NCBI GenBank assembly: GCA_020053355.1
Contig: JAGVNI010000016.1
Coordinates: forward strand, 31,694-95,693
Source: an archaeon
GTDB taxonomy: Archaea > Micrarchaeota > Micrarchaeia > Anstonellales > Bilamarchaeaceae
Length of the DNA stretch: 64,000 nt
Direction of reading: 5' to 3'
Shown: positions 37,736-48,138 of the stretch, piece by piece
How the letters are laid out: every line of letters starts with the position of its first letter
Position numbering within the stretch: the first letter of the stretch is position 1
Position numbers and translations under genes: made by a program
Notes under the pieces: model-generated
Database searches by the model: none
The model's input: only the letters and a program-made list of their open reading frames with translations
Told to the model about the DNA's origin: nothing

Positions 37736-37850
37736 GGGTGGTGAATGCAGCGAACACTTATAACCGTCTTGCCCCCCCAGGATTCCGCGGAAATCCGCTC
37801 CCTTGCGAAAAGCTCTTTTATCCGCCCGCAGCCCTCAATGCGGTGGTCGC

Positions 37851-37973
37851 ATGATTGGAATGAACTATGAAGAGTTGGCGCTCCTGGATGAGATAATGGC
37901 ATTTAGGATGAGGGCGATACAAGGACGGAGGCGCAGCCGCAGGGCACTCCGGCGGCTGTCCCGTATTGTATGA
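37851..37973 (+). CDS. Putative small Arg-rich protein (40 aa)
   Basis: Manual ORF MIGMNYEELALLDEIMAFRMRAIQGRRRSRRALRRLSRIV with GGTGG upstream and T-tracts downstream. Confidence 0.4.
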   Translation: MIGMNYEELALLDEIMAFRMRAIQGRRRSRRALRRLSRIV

Positions 37974-38030
37974 TTGCTGGCAGGATGGCGGTTTTATTTG
38001 CGGCCTTTGCCGCCCCTCATTTTTTCTTTT

Positions 38031-38606
38031 TCAATTATTGAATCCGTTGAGGCCTGTGAGCAGGTATTGGATGCCCCAGGCCATCGTGATTATGCCCATC
38101 ATGGTGGACATGATTTGAAGCCCCCCGCGCCCGACGATTTTTGTCAGGAACTTGGATAAGACCAGCACGCCCAGGGTGATTATCAGCACCATCCCGCCGG
38201 CGATTGCAGTAGTGGCTATTCCAGCATCCCCGGTGAGTATTATCGCAGTCGTGATTGTCGCGGGGCCGCAAATCATCGGCGTTCCAATCACCACCGCCAC
38301 CTCGCTGACCTCCTCCTTCTCTTTTGGGAAAGAAATACCGAGGCCCATCTGGATGCCGAGCAGGATGAGTATTATCCCGCCTGCAGCCCGGAACGCCTCG
38401 ATGTCCACGCCGAGCATCGTCAGGATGGATTGGCCTCCGATTGCGAAAATGAAGAAGACTGCCGCCGCCACAAGGACCGCCTTTTGCGCAATCCGGAGCT
38501 TCTCCTTATCATCCATCTTGGACGTGAGCGACAAGAACGCGCCAAGGCTGGCAAGGGGGTCGATTATGCCCAAGAGTAGGACGAACGCTTCCAGGAGGCC
38601 TGCCAT
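38031..38606 (-). CDS. MarC-family membrane protein
   Basis: IIDPLAS, AFRAAGGIIL, PMICGPATIT; ~6 TM helices. Confidence 0.92.
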   Translation of the reverse strand: MAGLLEAFVLLLGIIDPLASLGAFLSLTSKMDDKEKLRIAQKAVLVAAAVFFIFAIGGQSILTMLGVDIEAFRAAGGIILILLGIQMGLGISFPKEKEEVSEVAVVIGTPMICGPATITTAIILTGDAGIATTAIAGGMVLIITLGVLVLSKFLTKIVGRGGLQIMSTMMGIITMAWGIQYLLTGLNGFNN

Positions 38607-38695
38607 GCGGGTTGTTTCCCCCAAGCAACGTTAAAATGCCTTTTGGCCGCAAAAGAACCCGGACTGGCCGCTCGGCTCTTCGCCACCCGCTCTGC

Positions 38696-38824
38696 TCACT
38701 GCTCGGACTTGATCTTGTAGAATTTGATGACGCAGTCTATGCAGAGGTCGGCAAATCCCCTAGCACTTCCCATGTAGACCTTTCTTGTGTCGCTTTGCCC
38801 GCGACAGAGGAAGCAAACCCCCAT
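38696..38824 (-). CDS. Small zinc-finger protein (42 aa)
   Basis: Manual ORF MGVCFLCRGQSDTRKVYMGSARGFADLCIDCVIKFYKIKSEQ with two CxxC motifs. Confidence 0.65.
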   Translation of the reverse strand: MGVCFLCRGQSDTRKVYMGSARGFADLCIDCVIKFYKIKSEQ

Positions 38825-38887
38825 TATCCGGTTTTCAAGGGCAAATCTTTTAGCCCTGCCGGATTGGGGGATTCTGGAGGGCTGGCC

Positions 38888-39046
38888 TCAGTCATCCTCG
38901 GAGAGCTTCTTCCTCAAATCATTAAGCTCATCGTGGAGGGACCTGTTCTTCTTCAGGGGGTCCATCTTCGCCTTCTTCTCCAAATCATCGATTCTCGCCT
39001 TAATGTTCGCCTTCTTCCTTGATAAGTCCTTTTTGCTCATTCCCAT
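38888..39046 (-). CDS. Small basic coiled-coil protein (52 aa)
   Basis: Manual ORF MGMSKKDLSRKKANIKARIDDLEKKAKMDPLKKNRSLHDELNDLRKKLSEDD; host-like codon use. Confidence 0.75.
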   Translation of the reverse strand: MGMSKKDLSRKKANIKARIDDLEKKAKMDPLKKNRSLHDELNDLRKKLSEDD

Positions 39047-39141
39047 AATCAAGACCGATACTCCATTCTCCGGCGGGTTTATTATTGGTGAGCATGCTGC
39101 TCACCCAGATATATTAATAAAATATAACATCAAATAAGTTA

Positions 39142-40011
39142 TTGATGAAGCCAGTCCATCTCATACTATCCAAACACGCCGATTCGCGCTTGCACGGAAG
39201 GGTCCGCGGCGAGGCGTTCGCGTCCAGTTCTTTTTCCCGGGTCGTCTCTGGGAATCCGTCCGGACGGTTCGGCCTCATACTTGAGGATAATTTCATCGGG
39301 AATGACCTCATCATGCAAGGCGATTCCATCCGCACGGACAGCGTCCTGCGGACTTCGCTTGCAAGCCAGACCCGGAGATACCGGGATTACCTGCTCTCTC
39401 TGGCCCGCCAAGTCGAGCGTGGGGTGGATGATGCGCGGGGCATCATGTCGCCGCTTGCCGTCACGGAAAAGATTATTGATGAAAACAGGAATACGCCGGG
39501 AAGGGTGCTCCTTAGGTTTTCAGCCACCTGCGAAGAAGCCCAGCTCCTCACCATCGAATCATTTTTCTGGAAGAACCGGGGCTATATGGCGGCGTTTTTT
39601 GAGGGTGACGAATCAGCGGGAATACATCACCTCGCGGACAGCATCCGCCTTATGGCCCGTGCAGTGGTCGCCCGGGATATCCTTTTAGTCGGGCAGGTTT
39701 CAGCCCTTTCAGAATCCGTGGACGCGGTCATCGTCCTCCAGGGTTCCAATCACAGGAACCTTGCCTCGGCTCTTTGGCCTGGGCTCAGCCTTCAGGTGCA
39801 TGCCCAGCCGGACGACCCGCTCCCTTTCTATGACGAAGCGCTGGTCCGGCTTCTTGGGCCTCGTCCGCCCGATGATTCTGCGCTCGCCGAATCGATGCGG
39901 AAGGAAATCGCATTCCACAGGCTTTTCCTGCCCCTCGTGCAGTCGTGTTCTGGAGCGTTTGTCGAGGATATGATACGGGAATGCCGCGATGCGGTGGAGC
40001 CGATGCGCTAA
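39142..40011 (+). CDS. Hypothetical protein
   Basis: 289-aa ORF after an AT-rich divergent promoter region; no recognised motif. Confidence 0.6.
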   Translation: MMKPVHLILSKHADSRLHGRVRGEAFASSSFSRVVSGNPSGRFGLILEDNFIGNDLIMQGDSIRTDSVLRTSLASQTRRYRDYLLSLARQVERGVDDARGIMSPLAVTEKIIDENRNTPGRVLLRFSATCEEAQLLTIESFFWKNRGYMAAFFEGDESAGIHHLADSIRLMARAVVARDILLVGQVSALSESVDAVIVLQGSNHRNLASALWPGLSLQVHAQPDDPLPFYDEALVRLLGPRPPDDSALAESMRKEIAFHRLFLPLVQSCSGAFVEDMIRECRDAVEPMR

Positions 40012-40068
40012 GCCGTGCAGGCGCAGGATTCCGGCATGGCCCACCAAGGATTCCACCGGCGCTTTTCT

Positions 40069-40572
40069 TCAACCCTGCCGGGGGCGTCTTCTGCTGATTA
40101 CGAATGTGACGGCGAGGAGGCCGGGCGCCATTATGGACGCCACCGGGCAGGTGCCTGCATTTTCCACCCACGCATACCCCTCCGGGCATTGCCAAGGCCC
40201 ATCTTCACCATCCGTTTTCCCCTCCCACCCCGCGGGCACAGTCGCGTTCGTGAACATGCACTGTTTCGTCTGACGGTTGATTGCCATCTCCCCGCAATCC
40301 CCCATCGCCCCGCTGTGGCCTTCACTGCAGCAGCGGGCATTCTTGCCCGGCGTGCAGTTCCGCGCTGCGGTGACCTCGGCATACCCTTCCGGGCATTGCC
40401 CGGTGCCGAACCCGAGGCTCACCCAGCCTTCCGGGATTTCGCAGCGCGTGCACTCATCCCCAGCATTGAACATCGAGCATTCCATCGTCGCGTTGTTGAC
40501 GATTATTTCCGGAGGCGCCGGGGCGGCGAGGCAGGAAGCTGCAAGAAAAAGGAAGATTAGCGCAATTTTCAT
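40069..40572 (-). CDS. Small Cys-rich surface protein
   Basis: Signal peptide, multiple Cys with repeated (C/I/V)PxG(W/Y) units, hydrophobic then basic C-terminus. Confidence 0.75.
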   Translation of the reverse strand: MKIALIFLFLAASCLAAPAPPEIIVNNATMECSMFNAGDECTRCEIPEGWVSLGFGTGQCPEGYAEVTAARNCTPGKNARCCSEGHSGAMGDCGEMAINRQTKQCMFTNATVPAGWEGKTDGEDGPWQCPEGYAWVENAGTCPVASIMAPGLLAVTFVISRRRPRQG

Positions 40573-40695
40573 GGGATTCCTTCTCCACCCAACGTTTTAA
40601 CGTTTGCGTTGGCCCGGCGGATTTGGGGGAAAATATATAAAGCAGGAAACCCCTTCCTTTATCGGCGGATTCGTCTGTCTTGGCGCTGATAAGTA

Positions 40696-40998
40696 ATGGA
40701 TTCAAAGACCCGCTTGTTATACTGGCTCCTCAATGCATCGCGGGGCGGTCCCACCCGCGTGCGCATCCTCAGGGCAATCTATGAAAAACCGGTGAATATG
40801 CGGCAGCTTTCGATAACCCTTGCGCTGGATTATAAGACGGTCCAGGGCCATGTGGAGCTTCTTGTGGAAAACGGGATACTCGAGACCCCGAAGAAGAAAT
40901 ACGGCTCGGTCTATTTTCTCAGCCCCGAGTGGGACGGGAACGAATACCTAAACGAACTGTTCATGGGTGATACGAATGGAAAAAAGAAAGGAAAATAA
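40696..40998 (+). CDS. ArsR-like winged-HTH regulator
   Basis: LYWLL.ASRGGPTRVRIL, P.N..QLS..L.LDYKTVQGH, YGSVYFLS. Confidence 0.88.
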   Translation: MDSKTRLLYWLLNASRGGPTRVRILRAIYEKPVNMRQLSITLALDYKTVQGHVELLVENGILETPKKKYGSVYFLSPEWDGNEYLNELFMGDTNGKKKGK

Positions 40999-41419
40999 CC
41001 TCACACTGAAGGCGTTTTGCGGTGCGGTGCTGGCCATACTGATATCGGTCGGCTTCCTGCTTGCTGCCAATGCGGCCATGCCGTTCCGGCAGTTCGAGCC
41101 AAGGGACATCCCGCCGCGCGAAGCGCTGCCGGATGTGTTCCAGAACGTTTTCCTCCTGCACACCGTCCTGTCACTCGCGATGCTCATCCTCTCGTTCTAC
41201 CTGTTCTTCATATACCTCAAGGACTACCTGCAGCTGAAAAGCGGGTTCACGTTCGGACTCCTGCTCGCCATCTTCTCATTCATGCTTTTTGCGGTGACCG
41301 CCAACCCCTTCCTGCATGTCTTTTTCGGGGTTTACGGCCGGGACGGCATCTTCCAGAGCGTGCCCTACCTGTTCGCGACCATCTCGCTCGGCATACTTGT
41401 CTGGGTGAGTTCGAAATAG
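40976..41419 (+). CDS. Multi-TM membrane protein
   Basis: Four hydrophobic segments; LKSGFTFGLL; overlaps the regulator stop. Confidence 0.75.
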   Translation: MEKRKENNLTLKAFCGAVLAILISVGFLLAANAAMPFRQFEPRDIPPREALPDVFQNVFLLHTVLSLAMLILSFYLFFIYLKDYLQLKSGFTFGLLLAIFSFMLFAVTANPFLHVFFGVYGRDGIFQSVPYLFATISLGILVWVSSK

Positions 41420-41492
41420 GCCCCCATTCCGGCGTAATTTGGGGGATATTTCGGGAAATCCTTTTATAAAGCGCCAGACCCGTTAGCGGCTG

Positions 41493-42092
41493 GTGATTGA
41501 CTTGGATAGTGCAAAAGCGGTCTTTGGAACACTTTTGGTTCTCATGCTCGCGGGCGTGGGATTCGCCCACGGCATCGCATTCTGCCCTGGCGCCAACCTC
41601 ACAGATTCTGTCCGCGAACAGTTCGAAGATGCCCGGGCGGACAACGACAACGCCGCCATGAAAACGCTTCGGGAACAATACTGCCCAGCGCCGGATTTCC
41701 CCCCTGTTGGGTTCGGGCCGGGCTCTCCGGATGCACGGCATGGCGGTTTCTGCCCGGGTGCGAACCTGACTGAAGACGTCAAGGCGCAGTTCGAGGGGGC
41801 ACGGGCCGACAATGACACCGCCACTTTGAAATCGCTCAGGGAGGAATACTGCCCTGCACCGGACAAGCCGGACGCATCGATAATACGGGGCGCCAAAGCC
41901 CATGCGAATTCCATGATAAACAGAATAATGGAGTCGATGGACTCCGGGGATTACGCCGGCGCCAAGGATTTGCTTGAAAACCTTCGCACGCTAATCCGCG
42001 CAATCCCGCCCCGCACCGGTCCGCAAGGATTCGGAGGGCCGATGGCGCCTCCGCCTGGCGGTTTCGCGGCCAATGCGTCGGTGGAATCCTGA
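41493..42092 (+). CDS. Secreted protein with two Cys-bracketed helical repeats
   Basis: Signal peptide; FCPGANLT...QFE.ARADND.A..K.LRE.YCPAPD occurs twice. Confidence 0.7.
   Translation: MIDLDSAKAVFGTLLVLMLAGVGFAHGIAFCPGANLTDSVREQFEDARADNDNAAMKTLREQYCPAPDFPPVGFGPGSPDARHGGFCPGANLTEDVKAQFEGARADNDTATLKSLREEYCPAPDKPDASIIRGAKAHANSMINRIMESMDSGDYAGAKDLLENLRTLIRAIPPRTGPQGFGGPMAPPPGGFAANASVES
41580..41864 (+). repeat. Intragenic direct repeat (168-nt period)
   Basis: ttctgccctggcgccaacct at 41580 versus ttctgcccgggtgcgaacct at 41748. Confidence 0.85.
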
Positions 42093-42293
42093 TGGGTGCC
42101 CACCCGTATCTGTCGCTTGCGCCGGATGCGCAATCCCAGATACCGCTAACCGGGGGCAGGCTTCGGCCCGAACCAATCGGGGCAAGTCTCATGAGGCTGC
42201 CCCCGGTCATCCTCCTCGTCGCGGCCGTGTCGGGGTTTGCGCTTGCCGGCATCCTGGCATCGTGGATTTTTTAGAAGAAAAAAGGTTTGACAT

Positions 42294-43019
<726 letters not shown>

Positions 43020-43023
43020 TGGA

Positions 43024-44625
43024 ATGAAAACCTGGAACCTACTGTTGATGGCATTATTGTTAAGCGTGACGCTGGCATACAGCGCGGACTCCACCTCCCC
43101 GGCGCTGCAGGTGACCGGTTACAACGTGGTCCCGGAAACCGTATATCCCGGGACGAACGGCCAGCTGGAACTCACAATCGAGAATACCGGCACCGAGACC
43201 GCCAAGGGTTCGGCCGTGTACTACACCTACGGGACCGACCAGCAATGGAGCGTCTACCTCGGCGATATCGGGCAGAACTCCCAGGCAATCACCACGATTC
43301 CGTTCGTGGTTCCGGATAAGGTGAGCAGCGGCATACTCGTGCTGAATGTGGACCTGTACTATCTTGACGAAGACGAAACCGGGTCCAAGCATACGATGGC
43401 ATCCATTCCCATATCTATCGGCCAGCATGAGGTCCTGGAAGTGCGGACGCTTTCCTTAAGCAGCAGTACCATCGGCAAGGGGGAGAAGCTGACCGTTGCG
43501 CTTGAGCTGGAAAACACTGGTGGCGTCATGAAGAATGTCATAATCTCTGCGGCGGACAATTCCTCGTTCAGCCTGGCTGGGACAACCCAGAAGCGGGTCG
43601 GCGATATCGAAGCGAACGCAAGCAAGAATGTCTCCATAGACATCCTCTCCTCATCGAGCGCCGCAGAAGGGAAATACTCGATACCGCTCGTCCTGACCTA
43701 CCAGGACGCTTTGCAGAACACGATAACCCAGACCGTCTACGTCGGTCCTGTGACGGTGTCAGATTCGTCCTCGCAAATGCGCATCCTGTGCACCCCCATC
43801 TCCAATAGCGAGATCGGGTCCACCCTTGTCTACAACCTGACCTTCGAAAACCTGGGGAGCAGCGTTCAATCGGTAGTCATCGTAGTTGAGGGCACGGATG
43901 TATTCACCCCGATAGGGATAAACACGTTCTACGTCGATGATATCCTCCCCGGCGAAAGCAGGACAGAATTGATAACGCTCGGCATAGATGCCGGTTCTTC
44001 ATCCGGTTATTATGTCCTGCCCATCACGATGCAGACGAACGGCGATGAGCAGGAATACGATATCGGCATCGTCGTCCAGGCCACCCCGGAGATTCTCATG
44101 ACCTCCGAAATAGAGAGCACCACAGACGGGACGCAGGTGAGCGTCAAAATCTCGAACACGGGAAATACCGCGGTCCGTTCCCTCTATATCCGGGCGGACT
44201 CGAACGATTATTACCGGGTCAGTGGTTCGGGCGAGAAGTTCATCGGCACCCTCAGCGTCGACGACTACGCGAGCTACTCGGTGACCGTCAACCAGATTGG
44301 GCAGGCCCCGGCGGGCGCGGCCGCAGGAATCCCGCTGACCGTCGTCTTCAAGGATAATGACAATGTCGAGCATACCGTGAAGAAGACCATCGTGATAAGC
44401 GGGGCAACGGATGCCGCCGCATACGGAAACGCTTCATTCTCCTCATCATCCCAGAACCGCACTTTCAGCGGCCGCCCTGGCGGCGTGATGGGCGGCGGTT
44501 CAACCGAGAACATCCCTGTATATGCAGGCATCGGCCTTGTGATTCTTGGCGGGCTGTATCTTGGATACCGGAAATTTAGAGGAAAGAAAAAAGTCCCGGA
44601 GGGCTCGGATGAAACTCGCAGATAG
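43024..44625 (+). CDS. COG1361-like S-layer/Ig-repeat surface protein
   Basis: Signal peptide; ENTG/YLGDI/DDILPGE modules; FIGTLSVDDY; C-terminal TM followed by basic tail. Confidence 0.8.
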   Translation: MKTWNLLLMALLLSVTLAYSADSTSPALQVTGYNVVPETVYPGTNGQLELTIENTGTETAKGSAVYYTYGTDQQWSVYLGDIGQNSQAITTIPFVVPDKVSSGILVLNVDLYYLDEDETGSKHTMASIPISIGQHEVLEVRTLSLSSSTIGKGEKLTVALELENTGGVMKNVIISAADNSSFSLAGTTQKRVGDIEANASKNVSIDILSSSSAAEGKYSIPLVLTYQDALQNTITQTVYVGPVTVSDSSSQMRILCTPISNSEIGSTLVYNLTFENLGSSVQSVVIVVEGTDVFTPIGINTFYVDDILPGESRTELITLGIDAGSSSGYYVLPITMQTNGDEQEYDIGIVVQATPEILMTSEIESTTDGTQVSVKISNTGNTAVRSLYIRADSNDYYRVSGSGEKFIGTLSVDDYASYSVTVNQIGQAPAGAAAGIPLTVVFKDNDNVEHTVKKTIVISGATDAAAYGNASFSSSSQNRTFSGRPGGVMGGGSTENIPVYAGIGLVILGGLYLGYRKFRGKKKVPEGSDETRR

Positions 44626-45871
44626 TGCCGAAATCGCCCTAACGAACATAATGCACCAGAAGCTGCGCAGCTGGCTAACCATCCTGGGCATAGTGGTGGG
44701 CGTAGCGTCCATCATTACCCTCATCTCCATAAGCATGGGGATGCAGGAGAACGTCACCAAGCAGACCAGCGTGCTCGGGGCCAACCAGATAACCATCACA
44801 GCAGGGTCGCAGCGGGCCAGCCGGATGATGGGCATGGGGCTTGCCGGAGGTGGAGGGGGGCCACCGCCTGGCGCGGTATTCGAGGAGGATGATTCGGAAA
44901 CCGCAGCTGTTACATTCAAGGAAGCGGACGAATTGCGTTCGCTTTCAGGTGTTTCCGTCATCGATGCCAGGCTTTCGGAGCGCAAAGACATCGTGTATAA
45001 GACCAAGAACACGACCCTTAGCGTCATCGGCACCGACCCCGACGCGTTCCCGGAAACGCTGAGCGTGGAGCTTGAGAACGGCCGCCTTCTTGGCGTCAGC
45101 GACAAATACTCCGCAGTCATCGGCTACAACGTCGCCCACGCAGTATTCGACGGCGAAGACGACGATGAAGTGGACCTTCTCAACAACCAGATAGAGATTG
45201 ATGGCGTCGCCTTCAAGGTCGTCGGAATCCTGAACGAATCGGGCGGCATGGCGGGGAGCGACAACAACATCTACGTGCCAATCGAGACGGCCCAGGACCT
45301 CTTTGACGAGGATGAGGATGTCAGCGAGCTTATTGTGGTAGTGAAAGACGGCTATAACGTCGATACAATCGCTTCCGACCTTGAAACGGAACTCAAGTCG
45401 CTCCACGACCTTTCCGATGACGAGGATGCGGACTTCTCAGTCGTGACCGCGACATCGATGCAATCTGCGGTCTCGTCTATTACAGACACGCTGACTCTTT
45501 TCCTAGGCGGAATCGCCTCGATATCGCTTATTGTCGGCGGCATCGGCGTGCTCAATACGATGTTCATGAGCGTGCTAGAGCAGACGAAGACGATTGGCGT
45601 CTTCAAGGCGCTGGGGGCCAAGGACAGCGACATCATCCGCCTCTTCCTGATAGAAGCCGCGACGCTCGGGTTCATAGGCGGCCTGGCGGGCGTCGGCTTG
45701 AGCTTCTTCGGGTCGATTGTCCTCTCGATGTTCAGCCTTCCCTCGGCAATCACGGTGGAACTGGTGGCCATGGGACTGTTCTTCTCGGTCATTGTAGGCA
45801 TCGTAGCCGGGATAGTGCCCGCGCGGAACGCCGCGCAGATATCCCCGATAGAGGCCCTGAGGTACGAATGA
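44609..45871 (+). CDS. ABC transporter permease (MacB/FtsX family)
   Basis: KLRSWLTILGIVVG, GVLNTMFMSVLEQ, SPIEALRYE. Confidence 0.93.
   Translation: MKLADSAEIALTNIMHQKLRSWLTILGIVVGVASIITLISISMGMQENVTKQTSVLGANQITITAGSQRASRMMGMGLAGGGGGPPPGAVFEEDDSETAAVTFKEADELRSLSGVSVIDARLSERKDIVYKTKNTTLSVIGTDPDAFPETLSVELENGRLLGVSDKYSAVIGYNVAHAVFDGEDDDEVDLLNNQIEIDGVAFKVVGILNESGGMAGSDNNIYVPIETAQDLFDEDEDVSELIVVVKDGYNVDTIASDLETELKSLHDLSDDEDADFSVVTATSMQSAVSSITDTLTLFLGGIASISLIVGGIGVLNTMFMSVLEQTKTIGVFKALGAKDSDIIRLFLIEAATLGFIGGLAGVGLSFFGSIVLSMFSLPSAITVELVAMGLFFSVIVGIVAGIVPARNAAQISPIEALRYE
45701..45871 (+). repeat. Left copy of the diverged ~170-bp direct repeat (permease 3' end)
   Basis: Collinear with 51666-51836; differences almost all synonymous. 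Confidence 0.9.
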
Positions 45872-45951
45872 ATGGCAGGGACCTGTTCGAAGGGCTGCGC
45901 CCCCCATCTAAACTAGGGGGCTGGCCACCCGGCTGAACCTGCGCCCGGATG

Positions 45952-46764
45952 TCACAATTGCGTTGCCCAGCCGCCATCCACTACGATAGCCTGGCCGGTG
46001 ATGTAGCCGGCGCCATCCCCTGCAAGGAACACCGCCGCGTCGGCGATATCCTGTGGGAGCCCGGCGCGCTTTATGGGCATTCCCTTAATGAACGCGCTGA
46101 AGGCGGCCCTGTTCCTGATGAACGCCTCGGTCATCCTGGACTTTGTCACGCCCGGGCATATGGCGTTCACGGTTATCCCGTGCTTCCCCAGGTCCACCGC
46201 GGCGGACTGGGTCAGGCCCAAAACCCCGGCCTTTGACGCGCAATAGGCGGCTCGCCCTCCGAATCCGCGCAGGCCGGCGACCGAACTTATGTTGATGATG
46301 CGGCCCCAGTTCCGCTCCTTCATCTTCAGGGCCGCATACTTCGTCCCGAAAAAAACGCCGTCCAGGTTCACGGCAAGCACCGTGCGCCAGAGCTCCGTTC
46401 CGGTTGCGAGCACCGAGCTCATCTCGTCGATTCCGGCATTGTTCACCATGATGTCCACTGAGCCGTAACGCGCCTCCGCCTTATCCAGCAGGGATTTCAC
46501 CTGCCCCTCGTCGCTGACGTCGCAGGGGATGGATGCGGCTTCGCCTCCTGCCTGTATTATCCCTTCCGCGACCTTGAGGCACGCATCCGCGTCAGTAGAC
46601 GAGACCACGACCTTGGCTCCGGTGCCGGCCAGGGCCGAAGCTATCGCAGCGCCGATGCCCCTGCTCGAACCAGTTACTACGGCCACCCTTCCTTCCGGCC
46701 CGCGCCTTTGCGCCGCGTTGGCCGTTTTCCTTCCGAGATTGAAGATGTCCAGCATATTCTTCAC
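45952..46764 (-). CDS. SDR-family oxidoreductase (FabG-like)
   Basis: TGSSRGIG, NNAG, YCASK, VDGG. Confidence 0.93.
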   Translation of the reverse strand: MKNMLDIFNLGRKTANAAQRRGPEGRVAVVTGSSRGIGAAIASALAGTGAKVVVSSTDADACLKVAEGIIQAGGEAASIPCDVSDEGQVKSLLDKAEARYGSVDIMVNNAGIDEMSSVLATGTELWRTVLAVNLDGVFFGTKYAALKMKERNWGRIINISSVAGLRGFGGRAAYCASKAGVLGLTQSAAVDLGKHGITVNAICPGVTKSRMTEAFIRNRAAFSAFIKGMPIKRAGLPQDIADAAVFLAGDGAGYITGQAIVVDGGWATQL

Positions 46765-46787
46765 CCGCGATTGCCCCTGGATAATTA

Positions 46788-47699
46788 TTATTGAGATTTC
46801 TTGGCCTTCTTCATTTCATACGCGTATCCGTCATGCGTTGCCAGGATGGCCACCCTGCACAGCAGCTCATAGGCAATGGCGTCATAAATCGGGATTTTCC
46901 TGTCTTTTACGTACTTGTCCCCGATTCCCTTTCTGATGACCAGGCTCCGGATGAGGTTCAGGCGGCTGAACGGGGAGTTCCTGCCCTGCTTCAGGCCGTA
47001 TATCCTGGCAATCGTCGCGCTTCCCCTGCCGGAAAGCCAGCACTTATGGTAGATCGAGCGGACATCGGTCGGGTCCCTGTGGCGGACCGTTCCGCCTTCG
47101 AGGTACCTCAGGTCGTACCTCTTCCGAATTATCTTCTGCGACAGGTGGATGTCCTCAACACCCACGATTTCCTCGTTGAAGATGCCCACATCGAGAAGCG
47201 CGGAGCGCAGGTAAAGCACGTTCATGGTGGGGATATGCACGGTCCTTCCCTCCCGCCCCATGTTGTCCCATACCCTGCGGCTGTTCCAGAAGCGGCTGAT
47301 GACGTTTTCGGGATTCTGGGACAGGATGGGACCGCCGACGCCCGCGCATCTGCCGTCGTCCCGGAAGCCGGCGAGCAGCGTCCGGAGCCAGCCTGGCTCT
47401 GCGATGCAGTCATCGTCCGTGAAAGCGATGAACCGCGCGTCCGAGCTCCGAACCCCCAGATTCCTCGCGGCGCTTGCGCCGGGTTTCCCCTGCTCCAGGA
47501 ACCTCAGGACTCCCGCATCGGCCTTGGCTATTAGGAATTCCTTTGTGCCGTCAGCGGAGCCGTTGTCCACGACAATGATCTCGAACTTCGTTTTCGGCAG
47601 GTCCTGCCTTTCGAGCGCCCCGATGCATTTCTTCAGGTCTTCGAGCCGGTTGAGCGTCGGTATGACGATACTGACCTCCATGCGATGGATAATGCCCAT
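46788..47699 (-). CDS. Glycosyltransferase family 2
   Basis: SIVIPTLNR, VVDNGSADGT, ARNLG, FTDDDC, VED. Confidence 0.93.
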   Translation of the reverse strand: MGIIHRMEVSIVIPTLNRLEDLKKCIGALERQDLPKTKFEIIVVDNGSADGTKEFLIAKADAGVLRFLEQGKPGASAARNLGVRSSDARFIAFTDDDCIAEPGWLRTLLAGFRDDGRCAGVGGPILSQNPENVISRFWNSRRVWDNMGREGRTVHIPTMNVLYLRSALLDVGIFNEEIVGVEDIHLSQKIIRKRYDLRYLEGGTVRHRDPTDVRSIYHKCWLSGRGSATIARIYGLKQGRNSPFSRLNLIRSLVIRKGIGDKYVKDRKIPIYDAIAYELLCRVAILATHDGYAYEMKKAKKSQ

Positions 47700-47794
47700 T
47701 TGGATTTAAATCCTCAGGCATCCGTCCGGCTCTCCCCGCCCCATCCGCCCCACCCCACCATTTCCTATTAATCCTTTGCCACCAACATACTCCC

Positions 47795-48061
47795 ATGGCC
47801 TATTCGAAAAACCCGAACCTCATCGACAAGAAGATCGAGGCTGGCCTGCTGCTTTTCGACACAGATTCGAGCCGGATGATGGAGCTGAACTCCACCGCAG
47901 CTCTTCTCTGGCAGGAATCCCCGGCCAACTTCGGCAAGGAAGACCTGAAAAAAATAATCGAAGCCCGTTGCACCGGTGCAAAGAACGTGGAGCAGGATGT
48001 CGCGGATTTCATCGGGGCCGCGCTGAAGCTGAAGCTGGTGAGCGATGATGGAAAAAATTAA
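47795..48061 (+). CDS. PqqD-family / RiPP recognition element (RRE) protein
   Basis: 88 aa; LLLFD....MMELNSTAALLWQ...VEQDVADFI..ALKLKLV pattern. Confidence 0.88.
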   Translation: MAYSKNPNLIDKKIEAGLLLFDTDSSRMMELNSTAALLWQESPANFGKEDLKKIIEARCTGAKNVEQDVADFIGAALKLKLVSDDGKN

Positions 48062-48137
48062 GTACGTGAAGCCGGAAATCAAGGAAATCTGGGACGAGGA
48101 CGTCGGCCCGCTCGGCGTTTACCTGCTTGAAATGTGA
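48048..48137 (+). CDS. Putative RiPP precursor peptide (29 aa)
   Basis: Manual ORF MEKIKYVKPEIKEIWDEDVGPLGVYLLEM; YxxPxI leader motif; GGTGA RBS; overlaps the RRE stop and ends just before the next ATG (48139). Confidence 0.75.
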   Translation: MEKIKYVKPEIKEIWDEDVGPLGVYLLEM

Positions 48138-48138
48138 A

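Noticed and set aside
42191-42274. 27-aa hydrophobic ORF before the ABC ATPase
   Set aside because: No clear RBS or motif; cannot be distinguished from chance.
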